A program made the position numbers and the translations under genes. A DNA stretch of 64,000 bases from Heteronotia binoei (taxonomy: Eukaryota). Below, in pieces: positions 48,940-61,661 of this stretch; position 1 is the first letter of the stretch; each line of letters begins with the position of its first letter. The stretch is taken from assembly GCF_032191835.1 (NCBI RefSeq), contig NC_083223.1, positions 167,772,001-167,836,000 on the forward strand, in the 5' to 3' direction. The notes under the pieces were generated by a model that was not told the DNA's origin, ran no database searches, and saw only the letters and a list, made by a program, of their open reading frames with translations.

Positions 48940-49339
48940 GCATGCCTTTTAAGTGCCATCAAGTCACTTCCAATTTATAGTGACCTCAGGGCTATTTTTG
49001 AGTAGGAACACATAGAACACAGTTCTGGCTGGCTTGGCATCAGGGATGTGGCCTAATATACAAATGAGTACAAAAAAACTGTGCGAAAAAATAGTGATGT
49101 CAGGGGTTCTGGCCTAATATGCAAATGAGTTCCAACTGGGCTTTTCTGCAGAAAAAGCCCTGAGTGACCCTATGAATTAACAGCCTCCAAAATGTCCTGT
49201 TGTTCACAGCCTTGCTCAGGACTTGAAAACTGAAGGCCGTGGCTTCCTTGATTGAGTCAGCCCATCTCATATTGGATCTTCCTCTTTTTCCTCTGCCTTC
49301 AATTTTTCCTAGTGTTATTGTCTTTGCCAGTAGGTCTTG
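48940..49339 (-). mobile_element. RTE/BovB-type LINE 3' fragment (host of two nested hAT insertions)
   Basis: AKTITLGKIEGRGKRGRSNMRWADSIKEAT resembles the RTE ORF C-terminus (LGKIEGKRxRGRxRxRWxD). Confidence 0.75.
48987..49162. mobile_element. hAT-type MITE (same family) inserted in an RTE fragment
   Basis: TIR CAGGGCTATTTTT / AAAAAGCCCTG. TSD AGTGACC(T/C) at 48979-48986 and 49163-49170. Confidence 0.82.
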
Positions 49340-50598
49340 TAGGGTGGCCAGACCGTCCCGGTCTCCCGGGAAAGTCCCGGTTCTGGCCCCCAATTCCTGG
49401 CTCCCGAGCTGGCTATACCGGGATCATTAGAGGTCCCGGTTTAGCCAGCCAGAGAGCCGGTGGGCCGCGCGCGTGGGCGGGGAAGACGGCGAGGGAGGGA
49501 GGGAGCATCCCTGCGCGTGCGCAGGGCGATTGTGGCGGGCTCTGCGCATGCGCGGGGACGCTCCCTCCCTCACTCGCTGCCTTCCCCGCCTGCGCGCGGG
49601 GCCTGGCGGCAGTGGCGGAGGCCGGGGAGGCGGCGGAAAGGCCGGCGCTGGTCGCTGGAGGCCCTCCAGTGACCAGCGCCGGCCTCTCCGTCGCCTCCCC
49701 GGCCTCCGCCTGCAGTGAGCCTGTCGGTCACTTCCGGGTTCCTGTCCTGCATCTCGACGTCTGTTATTAGTGACAGGCTGCTTCGGCGTGCCGCTGCGCC
49801 GGCCCCCTGGGTCCCACAACGATGGGACCGATGCCACAAGGACGGGCTCGAAACACTCTATAACCCCTCAAAAGAACAGCAGTCTAGCTCGCTTCCCCTG
49901 AGCCCTGCCGCCATAAGCCTCAAGGGGGCTCATTTTGCGGCATCTCCCGGCGGGAGGGTGGCACCCGCACAGGACACATATCAAATGAAAGAGGGGGTGT
50001 AGGGCTATCAGAAACAGCCGGCGGAGGGAGTCGGGAGACCACCCCACTGGGGGATCCACACCCCGAAAGTGATGAAGGTGGTGCAGATAGAGCCAACAGA
50101 GCAAACAGGACAAAATAAATAGGCTGCATTATGCAGCACAGTCTCACTGGAATCTCACTGGAATCTGACTGGCTTCTCAGCGTGGAACCCGTTCTCTCTA
50201 GTCTTCTCACTTTGAAAAAAGTAAAAAAAAGAGTTTTATTTAACTTTATTTCCCCCTTTCCCTCTCTATAAATAATCTTGGTGTTTCCGGTGGTGATATT
50301 TGGGGGATTTTTGGGGATGTCACAGGAAGTGCTGTGAAGTCACTTCCTGTTTCCGGCAGTGGCATTTGGGGGAAATGATGTCACAGGAAGTGATGTCACT
50401 TCCTGTTTCCGGCAGGTGGCGCGGGGGGAATGATGTCACAGGAAGTGATGTCACTTCCTGTTTCCGGCGGTGGCATGACGTCACCGGAAGTGACGTCACT
50501 TCCTGTTTCCGGCAGCGCACACACTGCGCCGCGCACACACACATTCCTTCCCCCCTCAAGGTGTCCCTGGCTGGCCTGCAGAAATTATGGCCACCCTA
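49340..50598. mobile_element. Young CpG-rich hAT non-autonomous element (1259 bp)
   Basis: Perfect TIR TAGGGTGGCCA / TGGCCACCCTA and perfect TSD AGGTCTTG at 49332-49339 and 50599-50606. Confidence 0.9.
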
Positions 50599-51699
50599 AG
50601 GTCTTGTCTTCTGAAATAACTCCCTGGCAAACTACAATTCTATAATCTGCCTGCCAGTATAATCTTTCTTCTGTGATGGAGTATGTTGCATTCCATGGCA
50701 CAAAGCCAAGAAAATCCATGAAAATCAGTGAAAATAAACTGTGATCACAAAGACTAGTAAAAGTACAATAGCGTTTACTGCTAAGTAACAAACAAAGCAG
50801 TCCTCTTGAACAATCTCTCAAATATAAGAGTTTCAATAATGATGTCCATACAAAGTTTCAACAGCATAAAGTTAATGCATCCACATGAGGAATTCACCAA
50901 ATAGATACTGGTATTCTGGATATAAACAGTGTTTTGGAATAAAAGTTTTCCTTCCTCAGAAGTTATTCCACTTGAGCTTTCACACTTCAGAATTCTAAAA
51001 ATACACAGATAACATGTAGCAAAAGCATATGCACAATATGCCAATACAAGGGAATACATATGAATAGTCCTTCCCAGAACCATACAGTTTACTCATCGCA
51101 TAAGGTAATAGTATGCTCAGTTGGAATTTCGCTTGGTTCCTGTATTTCTAAATTACAAACATACACTATACTATACGTTTTTACCAATATTATCTAGTCA
51201 TGCCATCTATTCATATACAGAAAGCATGTACTGAAGGTATGTGTGCAATATGCTGTTGCAAGAAAATACATATAAACAGTCCTTCCCAAAACCATACAGT
51301 TAACAAGGTGCTTATACGTAGAAAATGTACCAGAAGCATGTGCCCAATATACCAGTGCAAAGAGATACAAACAGTCATTCCTAGAACCATCAAGTTTACT
51401 CTCCACATAAGGTAATGGTATGCTCAGTTGGAATTCCACTGGGTTTCTGTATTTCTAGATTACAAAGTACACAAACATGCACTATATCATACAAACTTAA
51501 CACAAACAGATCTTACCGATATTTATTGTCAATCAACTCACCGCCCAATGTAATAAAAACTTCCTGGTGAGGCTTCAGTTCACAATACAGCAGGCAACAG
51601 CTCAACAATATCCACTGACTGAATTCACCTCTACATTTTGCTCACCCTAATGTTAGTTACGATGTAGCTATAATGATTCTGCTTGCAAGCTTATTTTAC

Positions 51700-51920
51700 A
51701 GGGACATCCCTGAATCTCCTCAGTGCTCTTAAAGGGATATCACTATATAAAGAAAGCATGTCAAATCCATAACAGTATTTAATCCTACAGGATTGTAAAT
51801 TTTAAACCTGCTTATCCAAAATAATTCCCATTGTGGCAACCACTTCTGTGCATTAGTATACTTATATGCTAAGGGTTCATATTTCTCCAATACAGTAAAT
51901 TTAAAATCTTCATAATCATT
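51700..51920 (-). mobile_element. Penelope-like GIY-YIG C-terminal fragment
   Basis: DFKFTVLEK...QWELFWISRFKIYNPVGLN resembles the PLE endonuclease end (E.FWI..L.T..P.GLN). It is bounded by an L2-type tail at about 51925-51985. Confidence 0.7.
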
Positions 51921-54900
51921 TATTTTATTTTTTATCAGATTTATATCCCACCCTCCCCTGGTGGGCTCAGAACGGCTAACAACAGTTAAAAACACTATAG
52001 AATATTAAAAAACAGAATATGCAATAAAATCATTTTTATACATTTTACAATCATTAAAAGTCTGAGATGCCTAGCCCCTCTAAAATGCTGCATCTATTTT
52101 CAAACACGAGCAATGTTCAATGATCCTGATTCTCACAAATCTCATAGTTGACTCTACATAATACAAGCCTCACCACATTTTATGAGATACACAACTTTGG
52201 AGCTTCCACAATTTGTAAATGTCTGTGGTACAAACTTAGACATTCACATAAAAAAATTTCACATTTCAAACCAGTTTACAAACTGAACATGTCCCACACA
52301 GGTGATTTCCTTTAGATGTCCAAATCCTATGGCATAGCTCTAGTGCATCCAAACGAGTCAGTAAATTCCCCAACTTTTAGTTCTCCTTAACCCAATATAT
52401 GGTTTACTGCCACACTGTGGTAAGTGCTCTACAATATGCCAGTGTGTACAGCCCATTCCAGACATATGCGACAGCTGGCCATGGCGCACGTCACGCAGCA
52501 CTCATCGAGTCCCAAAGGGGATTGGCATGCGCAGGGGTAGGGGCAGGGGGGAAGAGGCTTAAGGCGACTGCAGGTCCTGCGGTCACCATGGCAACCCCGC
52601 TGGAGCTTGTGGGCGAGGCACAGCAGGAGGAGAGAGCCAGCCCAGACCCCCCTGATTGGCCAGGCGCCATGGCAGATGACAGTCGAGGGTGGGAAGAGGC
52701 TGCCCCGGAGAGGCTGATCACTTTCCCCGCCTCAGCAGAGACCTGAGCCAATCATAGCCAGATGGGGCACAGGGGAAAGGGCTAGGCATGCACCCAAGTG
52801 AGACAGAGAAGTCTGGTGCACTGCCTTGGTGAGGGTGGGGAAAGGGAAGGGGAAGGGCGGAGCTGTGGGATTGGCCAATCAGCCTTGCCCACTGTCAGAG
52901 ACTTGTGCCAATGGGAAGCAGGCTAGAGAAGTCATGAGCCCCCCCCCCCCCCCCCCCAGCCATGCGCAGACAGGGAAAACATTGGACAGGAGTCTGCAAT
53001 CAGGGAAACCAGGCAAAATGTGTGTCCAGGAAAGAGGAGACAGAGCTGCAGCATGTCCAAGTCCCACAGGACAGCTCTGCCCGGCACAGACACAGAGTCT
53101 CAGGCCCCCTCCCTTGCGGGGAACCCCACCCCTGTCGGCAGCAGGACACAGAATGCAAGGTGCCAGCCAGGTGCCCAGCTCATGCCATCCCCCCCCCCCC
53201 GCACTCCCTTCTGCTCTGTGCCATGGGATGAGGGGGGGAGACCCTCAGACTCCCCTGTTCACTCTATCACAGAGGTGGCTCATAGACACGGCCCCTCTCC
53301 ACCCACTGACAGAGGGAACACTGCACACAGCACACTTGGAAGGGGCTGGGACAGATGGAATGTGCAGCAGACACCACACACGCAAGACAAAGAGCAGCAC
53401 ATCGCAACACTTTATTGGTCAGCAACTGGGTGAAACAGTTTCCTAGGAACAGCTCAGACAGTCTTGCTGGGCATAAGGGACGCGAGGCTTCACTCCGAGA
53501 GGAGGGTGGGAGCAGCTGATGGAGGGGGGAAGGGGCATCCCACATGGAAGTCTCTCTGTTGCATTCCCACCTGCAAAGCAGAAACATATCAAAAGCACCT
53601 GAAGGGGCGGCAGCTGCAGCCATGCACACGTGTTGTGCTGAGGGAATCTCTTAAAGGGACAGTCTTCAACCCACCTCCCTGCATCAGGGCAGCTGCCAGA
53701 CACCCCCCCCCCCCGTTGCTCTGCCAGGGGTTGGGAACATGGCAGAGGGCAGACCAAGGGAAGGGAGCAGGCAGCAGCACAGGGGAGTGGGGCCAGCAAA
53801 TGCCCCCTGCCAGAGCCCACTGCCTGGTTCAAGTGCTGGAAACGCTTGCACACCAAGCGGTCGAGAGCGAGGGGAGGAGGAGGACAGTTGGGGTGCACAG
53901 TGGAACTTACCCAGCCATGGGCGACAGTCCTCGCATGCAGAGCCTCCGGAAGCCTGGAACCTGTGGAGATCTGGAATCAAGAGTAATTAGCTCCAGGGAA
54001 GAGACCTTGCTCTCCCCCTCGCAAGTTAAAGATACTGTCAAAGCAACCGTGCAGTGAAAAACCCGTCAGCAATGTGCCTGCCTGTCCCTCGCTCTAAGTC
54101 CGTATGACAGGGAGCTCCCCGGCAGAACTTCCCACCAGAACTTCCCACCATACGAAGCTGTCCCTAACAACTGAGTTGTGCAAGGCCAGAGCGGAAGTAT
54201 TTCTAGGAGGGGGAGGACCGCAATTGGGTGCTGGGGAGGGGGCTCATCAGCCTAAGGAGTGAAGGGATTGGTGAGGCAATCATACTGCTCCCTAAGGGGT
54301 TTTCAAGCTTCCGCAGCGGCGGAGGCAACCTTTGTTTTTGGTTTCAATGAGTGCCTATGGGACACGTCGCCGTTTTTGCAGGCGTAATGTTGCGCCTCTC
54401 GGGGGGGGCGTGTCATGGCCCAAACTCCTCAGGGAGCTGCCTAAGCCTGGCCACACCCCCAACTCCACCCCCTCCTGCGCCTGAGCACCACGCTCCACCA
54501 CACTTCTGCCAACGCTTGGGCGCAGCCCTCAGGTGCCACTGCTCTCAGGCGGAGTGGCGCTCTGGCGACCCCGTGCGTACATAACTCCCCTCCGCTGTGG
54601 CGGAGCCAGCCGTACATGGGCATAAATGCTTCTTGTGCCAACGTAGTGGATCGTCAGCTCCCAAAACACTTCCCCCCCCCTTAGGATTGCGCTCTTAATA
54701 TGCCAACTTGTTTAATACAATGCAAAAGACATTCTGTTTCCTAGGAGCTAATCTTTTCTTGAAGCAATTGTTGTCTACCTTATTGACTCTCTCAATGGCC
54801 CCATATAATAACTCCCATGGGTGGCCCTTGTTTGAAAATGGGTGTTTAATCATAGCACTGTTTCTGTTAAAATCTGCCTCTTGTTTTAGCTTCCTCTTAA

Positions 54901-57900
54901 TTCTAAACAACTGCCTCTAGGAATTCTGTGTCTCATATTCCTGGGATGGCGGTTCTTAAAATATAAAGAATTACATTCACTTGGTTTTGTATAGGTTTTG
55001 ACTACCAACTTTCTGTCCATGTTCTTAAGCACAACTGTATCCAAATGCACAATTTCCTTTGTATTGCAATGGCTAGTGAACTTAATGGTATGATGGATCG
55101 TGTTTAGCCATGTATTCTATGGCACTGCATGTAACACTCTGAAGTAACAGGTTTAGCCAGTAAACTTATGGAAATCTTGTCATTTTAGTATGGGAAACTG
55201 CACCTGCAGTAAGAATTAAACTCCAGTTTCTTCACAGAAAGAGATGTGTTCCATCATATTAGCCTCAGATGTTCACTTGTTTAAGTGCAGTCCTATGTGA
55301 TTATCTCTTTGCTAGGCAGTCATTTAAGTATTCCTGCTTAATTTTTCTTTGTTGTGCCAAAAGATTGGAAAAGCTTTTGCCTGCTTATCATTGATGTTGT
55401 GATGCATAATGTTTGTAGGGTACATCTCAGATGGGTAATTTATGTAAGTACTAAATGTTAGGGCTCATAGAACAATTTTCCTAATTATATGAAGGCACTT
55501 TCTTTGCCTCTGCATTTTGTTGTTAAATACCAGGCTTTCAGTTTGTTGAAGGTAGTGGTAATTCAGATAATCTGTAGCTTTAACATAATGTGTATCTGCA
55601 TATTTCTGAGTCTTTGAGAAGAGCTTTTACTTGAGTTAACTACTTAACTTTTCAAGAGAAGAATCCTCTCATGCTTACAAAAGATGAAGATTGTATTTCA
55701 CAACTGTGAAATGCTATCTCCCTGGAATTAAATTGCCAGAACTAGAGAAACAGTTCAGTTTACTCTGACCTCCTTTGACATACAAAGTGCAACTATTTGG
55801 ACATCTTCCTGGTGGCTCTTCATTTTGGGTTGGGTTCATAGGAGGCAAAGGGGAAGGGCTACAGTTGCCACTAATTTCCTTCTTCCATCTGCAGCAGCCC
55901 CCACATACCATAGCTCATGGCAATTTCAGGAAAATAGCTTTTTCAGGAGGCACAGTGGTACTTCTGACCACCTCCAGGTGGGGCTTGTTGATCTTCTGGA
56001 ATTACATCTAATCTCCAGACAACATAAATCAGTTCCCCTGGATAAAAAAAAATGCTTCAAAGGGTGGGATCTGTGGCATTATCCCTCTCTGAGATATCTG
56101 CTGTCCCCAGACCCTGCCCTCTGAAGTCTCCACCCCTAAATTTTCAAGGATTTACCTACCTGAAATTGGCAAAGCCACACAGGAACAGCAGTTGTTGGGG
56201 TCAGGGGGAGGCAAGAAAGTAAAACTCCTCTTGTGGTTCTCAGAGTTTTCTATTTACCTGAAAAAATTATCCTAAATTATTACAGCAGCATTGCATACAG
56301 ATTTGCAGCAAGTAATGAGTGGACTTACTCTCAGATTTGTCAATCTTAGACAGTAAGTATTTCATTTGGGAAGAAAACCTGAAGGCATTTTTTAAAATAG
56401 ACAAAATAAAGAGTGATTGAGGCCATATCACTTCTTTTTTTTATTCCCATTTGAATCTGCAGTCACGTGGGCTCAAAAGGTTTGGGTTTTTTAAAACTTA
56501 AGCTGTGATTCTCAATTTTTGAAGAGAAATCACAACAGCCATGCAAGCTCTAAATTGGTCAGTGATACTGAAATACTCCCATGTGCATGTACAATGCAAA
56601 TAATTAAACAATTAAAGCTACGTTAAAGCAGCTAATTAATACACCCATTTAATTTTTTTCTTTTTTTTAGGAGGGTTTTTTCTGTTTAGGTATTTTTTAT
56701 TAATACTGTCTTTGAATCTTGCTTTTTAAGAGAGAAACAAGTAAAGTGTTTGGACAAGGTGTCATTTATTTTGTTTTATCTCAGCTATTATCTTGAGAAA
56801 GAAACTTTCTGAGCCTGTTTTGCTATTATAGTGCTGCTGTTTGTTTGAGTTTAGTTTAAATGTTAAATGGCATAGACAACCTGACAGTTTGGCACACTTT
56901 CTAACAATAGCTAGTTTCCTTTGGTGATGGATTTTAAAATGCAGTCCTGATTTTGTTAGTGTGATCACATTCCAGTGAATGTTAGCTGTTTGAAGAGAAT
57001 ATATAATTATCCTGTTATGCTTAAAAGTGGCATCTTCATTCACTGTTGCTCACCTCTCAAGAATGCTTCTAGCAAGGTGTGGCACTTCATGCCAGTTGAT
57101 GACAGCTAAGAGTCTATTAAAAATGTTTGATTAGATGACTCAGATGGTTGACTGAATGATTCGAGTTGATTGTAAGTTCCCGAGAACGTTTGTAAATAGG
57201 AGGATAATGCATTTTGAGATTATCATTTGGGAGAAATGGGATGTTGATAAAGAAACACTCACTTAATGCAGAGCTAATTTCTGTGTCCCTTTTAGCACAC
57301 TGGAGTTCTTCAGCCATTGTGTGCTGTTGCTGTGGTCATTGCTGATGTGAAAGAATTGTGCACTCAGCACTATCTCTTTTTCATTGGAATGGTGATTACA
57401 GCAATGGCTTTTTTGCCATTAATTCTTCATCTCTCCCATCAAGATATTGAGAGAAAATAGTTCCATTAAATCAAAATGAGATCAGACATTTACACTGATC
57501 TGTTCCAGCCTTTCTGCTGCTGCCTTTTGTTCCATTAGCTCTTTGAGTTCTGAACAGGCATATTTGATTCTCATTTAATTTTTAACATATTTCTCACAAG
57601 CTGGTTTTTGCATCTGTTTACATAGCAAGTATTTCATTTGACTTTATTGTTGTGACAACAGATTATGTTTACCACAAAAATGAAAAACTGAAAGTGAGAC
57701 TAATCTCTTACCACACAAGAACACAAGAGTATGTTTAAACCAAATAGACAATTTGCATATCTGGTGTGTCGAAATTACCTTGTGGTAACTTGACCATATA
57801 AAAAATAATGTAAGATTTAAGCCTGAGGTAAAAGAAGGCGGCAGCAGTGGTATGTGTGAATGGTGTGAACACTCTTATGCCCCCATGTGACAGTAGCTTG

Positions 57901-58039
57901 TGGCATTTGCTATAGCCAAAACTGGTTGCACAACAGGTTAGAATCATTGACAAAAATCAATAATCTCTCATGCAAACAAGTTAAATTCTCCAATAAAATT
58001 TTGAGGATTTTTAAAATCAAAGATAGTATAATAAATATG

Positions 58040-58290
58040 ACATGAATAGAATCATAGAATTATAGAATTGGAAGGAACCTCCAGGATCACCTAATCCAAC
58101 CCCCTGCACAATGCAGGAAACTCACAAATTTGTTGTTGTTCAGTCGCACAGTCAAGTCCAACTCTTTGCAACCCCATGGACAAAGTCACTCCAGGCCCTG
58201 CTGTCTTCTACCATCCTCCAAAGTCTACTTAACTCACAAATATCTCCCCCTAAATTCACAGGATCCTCATTGCTGTCAGATGGTCATCTA
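58040..58290 (-). mobile_element. CR1 3' fragment with a nested 101-bp RTE/BovB-type 3' end (58130-58230)
   Basis: (CATAGAAT)n-like CR1 tail read on plus. The insert has a (CAA)n tail on minus and an 11-bp TSD AACTCACAAAT at 58119-58129 and 58231-58241. Confidence 0.75.
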
Positions 58291-58817
58291 GCCTCTGTGT
58301 AGTAGAAGAGTAGGAATGAGTACCCTGAGTGCAGCTGAATAAATCTATTCTCTGACTAATTAAGATATTTAATTACTTTCACAATCAGAATTTGCGGTCA
58401 ACTGACAGCGGGACAACAGTCCTTACCCAGTACAAAGGGTCAAATCCTTATTCTACAAACAGAAATAATTTGTCAAAATGGATTTTCTTTCTTTCTCCCA
58501 GCAGCTCTCTGCATGACCCAAAAAAGACTCTCGGAGGGGATAGGGGACCCTTGTTAATAAAATCTAGCATGGCACATAGGGCTGCTTCAAAAATGAGAAT
58601 TGCCTTCTTCCTTGTATGAGCAGATCAAGCATGAGAGTTGTTTTTTAAAATTATTTTGATTTTTATACAGATTTTCTCCTTTTTCAATAGGACAGAGATA
58701 ATCTGACATTCCTTTTTTTTTGTTCAAGATAATACAATTTTATGTGTTCTAAAAAGCTCTATTCCACTTTGAACATGTTCAGCCTTTTTTACTGAAGTTG
58801 CATTAGGGCTAAGATGA

Positions 58818-59346
58818 TAGGGTTGCCAATCCCCAGGTGGGGGCAGGGGATCCCCCGGTTTGGAGACCCTCCCCCGCTTCAGGGTCATCAGAAAGCGGGG
58901 GGAGGGGAGGGAAATGTCTGCTGGGGACTCTATTATTCCCTATGGAGATTTATTCCCATAGAAAATCATGGAGAATTGATCTGCGGGTATCTGGGGCTCT
59001 GGGGGTGCTGTTTTTTGGGGTAGAGGCACCAAATTTTCAGTATAGCATCTAGCGCCTCTCCCCAAAATACCCCCCAAGTTTCAAAAAGATTAGACCAGGG
59101 GGTCCAATTCTATGAGCCCCAAAAGAAGGTGCCCCTATCCTTCATTATTTCCTATGGAAGGAAGGCATTGAAAAGGTGTGCCGTCCCTTTAAATGTGATG
59201 GCCAGAACTCCCTTAGGAGTTCAATTATGCTTGTCACAGCCTTGATCTTGGCTCCACCCATAATGTCTCCTGGCTCCACCCCCAAACTCTCCTGGCTGCA
59301 CCCCCAAAGTCCCCAGATATTTCTTGAATTGGACTTGGCAACCCTA
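58818..59346. mobile_element. hAT-type MITE (TAGGGTTGCCA family), young copy
   Basis: Perfect TIR and perfect 8-bp TSD TAAGATGA at 58810-58817 and 59347-59354. Confidence 0.88.
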
Positions 59347-59975
59347 TAAGATGATGATTCACCAAATGTGTGTCTGCAAAAGATTTTCTGTCTAAATGTG
59401 ACTCATGTGATGTCCTGTTAAATTGGTGCTAATGTAAATTTCCTTGAAATGCCTTCTTCGCTATATAAAGTATTCATAGTGAAATATCATAATGGCCCGA
59501 TAATGCATTTTAGCTTAGTGTAGAACTTGTTTTTTTAAAGCCCTAGAAGTTCAGCAACCTGCCAGTACAAACACAGAAGTATAGTGGTAAGAATATTGCC
59601 CAATTAAATAAGAAAACATCACTGGACCAAGTTTAGTAGTATTGCAGACAGTATTTAATGCTTAAAGTAGCTTGTTGTGTTAGCAAGGCTTCCTTCTCTC
59701 TTTACAGTTCAGTGTTGCAAAATAAGGCCTTCAGGCCTGTCTTTTAAGCCAAATATAAACTTCTGTGAAGACCAATGTTCCTTCTAAGCTTCAGAGTTTT
59801 GTGAGCAAAAATTCTACCTTGTGAGCTACTGGCATTAAAGTTGTGAGCTACTGCATGAATTAGTGTGCTCAGGGGTCAGACAAAATGAGTTAAGACAAGA
59901 ATGTGTGAGCTGGAGGCTGAAAATCTGTGAACTAGCTCATGCTAACTCAGCTTAGAGGGTGAAGACCATTGTTAC

Positions 59976-60378
59976 AAAGTTAGAGTCCAAGAGCACCTTT
60001 AAGACCAACAACATTTTATTCAGGCTCTGATATTTCGTGTGCATGCACACTTTTGTCAAAGAGGATGGAATCAGACTTGCTTGCCCATGCAAAAGTTGAA
60101 CAGCAAATCAGCATACAATATAATGAAATGCTTTAACAGATGCAAACAAAAATAAGCTACGTTCATAAGGTCATTATAGTTTACATTCTGTTCTGGGAGA
60201 AAACAGGCAAATAAATGCCTTACTGTTAAGAATGTTCTGATTCTATCCTCTTTGACAAAGTGTGCATGCACATGAAAGCTCACAGACTGAATATAACTTT
60301 GTTGGTCTTAAAGGTGTATTGGACTCTAACTTTGGAACATTGCTTCAGACCAACATGGCTACCCACCTGGAACTATGT
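59976..60378. mobile_element. Penelope mini-element with inverted pLTR arms
   Basis: Arms 59976-60066 and 60245-60333 are reverse complements and match the PLE 3' end at 17810-17940. A similar smaller copy lies at about 33240-33352. Confidence 0.72.
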
Positions 60379-60425
60379 GAATCCCATTGTTCCTCCACAG
60401 ATACAAAAATACTTGTACTTCTGAA

Positions 60426-60616
60426 CATCGCTTTTTTTGTAGAAAAAGCCCGGCAGGAACTTATTTGTATATTAGACTTCACCCCCTGACAGCACTATTG
60501 TTTCACACAGGACTTTTTGGTTAAAAAAAGCCCAGCAGGAATTCATTTGCATATTAAGCCCATACCCCCTGATGCCAACCCAGCCAGGACTGCGTTCCTG
60601 GCCAGAAAAAGCCCTG
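60426..60616. mobile_element. hAT-type MITE (same family, reverse orientation)
   Basis: Reverse-complement match to the copy at 48987-49162. Ends AAAAAGCCCTG; the left TIR is eroded. Confidence 0.7.
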
Positions 60617-61149
60617 CACAGACAGAAGAGCACACATACAATAGGATATATACACACATTAAGAACAGGGCAGGTATACGGTAGTTTAAGACCACTGATT
60701 ACCTGACCAGTAGAAGTGTATACATTTCCCTATTGTCATTTGCATTACTTCCCTTTGGCTCCTTTCAAGTGTGACATTTAAGCAGGAGAAGAGCCAGAAC
60801 TGTATGGTGGTAGACCTGTTGCACTTTGAGTGGGGATTCAGATTTCCCATTCAAGCATTACGTTTTTGGAAGACTTTGGGTTACTCACTCTCAGCCTAGC
60901 CTGTCTCATAGCATTGTTAGGAAGATAAAAGGGAAGAAAGGTGAATCCTGCATGCTACTCTGAATGTCTTAAAGATTAAAAACATGGTCTCTAGAATGGG
61001 AGATGAGCAATTGCACTTCTTTTCCTGTGACATTAAATCTTTCTTCCTTCTCAATCTTAATCATGGTTTATTAAGTGTGTACTGGTACTCGATAGAGCTG
61101 GTGCTAACCAAGATTTCTCTCCTGTCCAGTAACTGAAGTTTGGTTTGGG

Positions 61150-61390
61150 TTGAGTTTTTTTTTTTATATACCACTTTTCTCTGCCCTAAGGAATCTCAAA
61201 GTGGCTTACAATCTCCTTTCCCTTCCTCTCCCCACAACAGGCACCTTGTGAGATAGGTGGGGCTGAGAGAATTCTGAAAGAACTGTGACTGGCCCAAGGT
61301 CACCCAGAGGGCTTCATGTAGAAGAGTAGGGATTCAAACCCGGTTATCCAGTTTAGAGTCTGCCACTCTTATACCATTCTGGCTCTCCAA
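61150..61390 (-). mobile_element. MIR-like tRNA-derived SINE
   Basis: CCCACAACAGGCACCTTGTGAG...GACTGGCCCAAGGTCACCCAG core. Related copies lie at about 27630-27770, 33790-33960, 40010-40250 and 60800-60960. The family name is uncertain. Confidence 0.6.
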
Positions 61391-61661
61391 CGCTGGCTTG
61401 CAAGCTGTGGTTCAGAGGGTGCCTGGACCTCTCAGTATATTACTGGCATTTTAACTAGGATATTTTGTTTACATTTTGTATATATTTTATTTATACTGAA
61501 TTTACCAACCTGTTGGCGTTTTCAAATGTATCATAACTGAGTCTGGCTGATACAATAATAGGGTTTGAATTTCTGTTAATGTAATTACTTTATATTTTAT
61601 TTTGTTTTTAGAGCTGAGAATCATTTCAACAAAGTGGATATAAATGAATAGGAACATTCTA

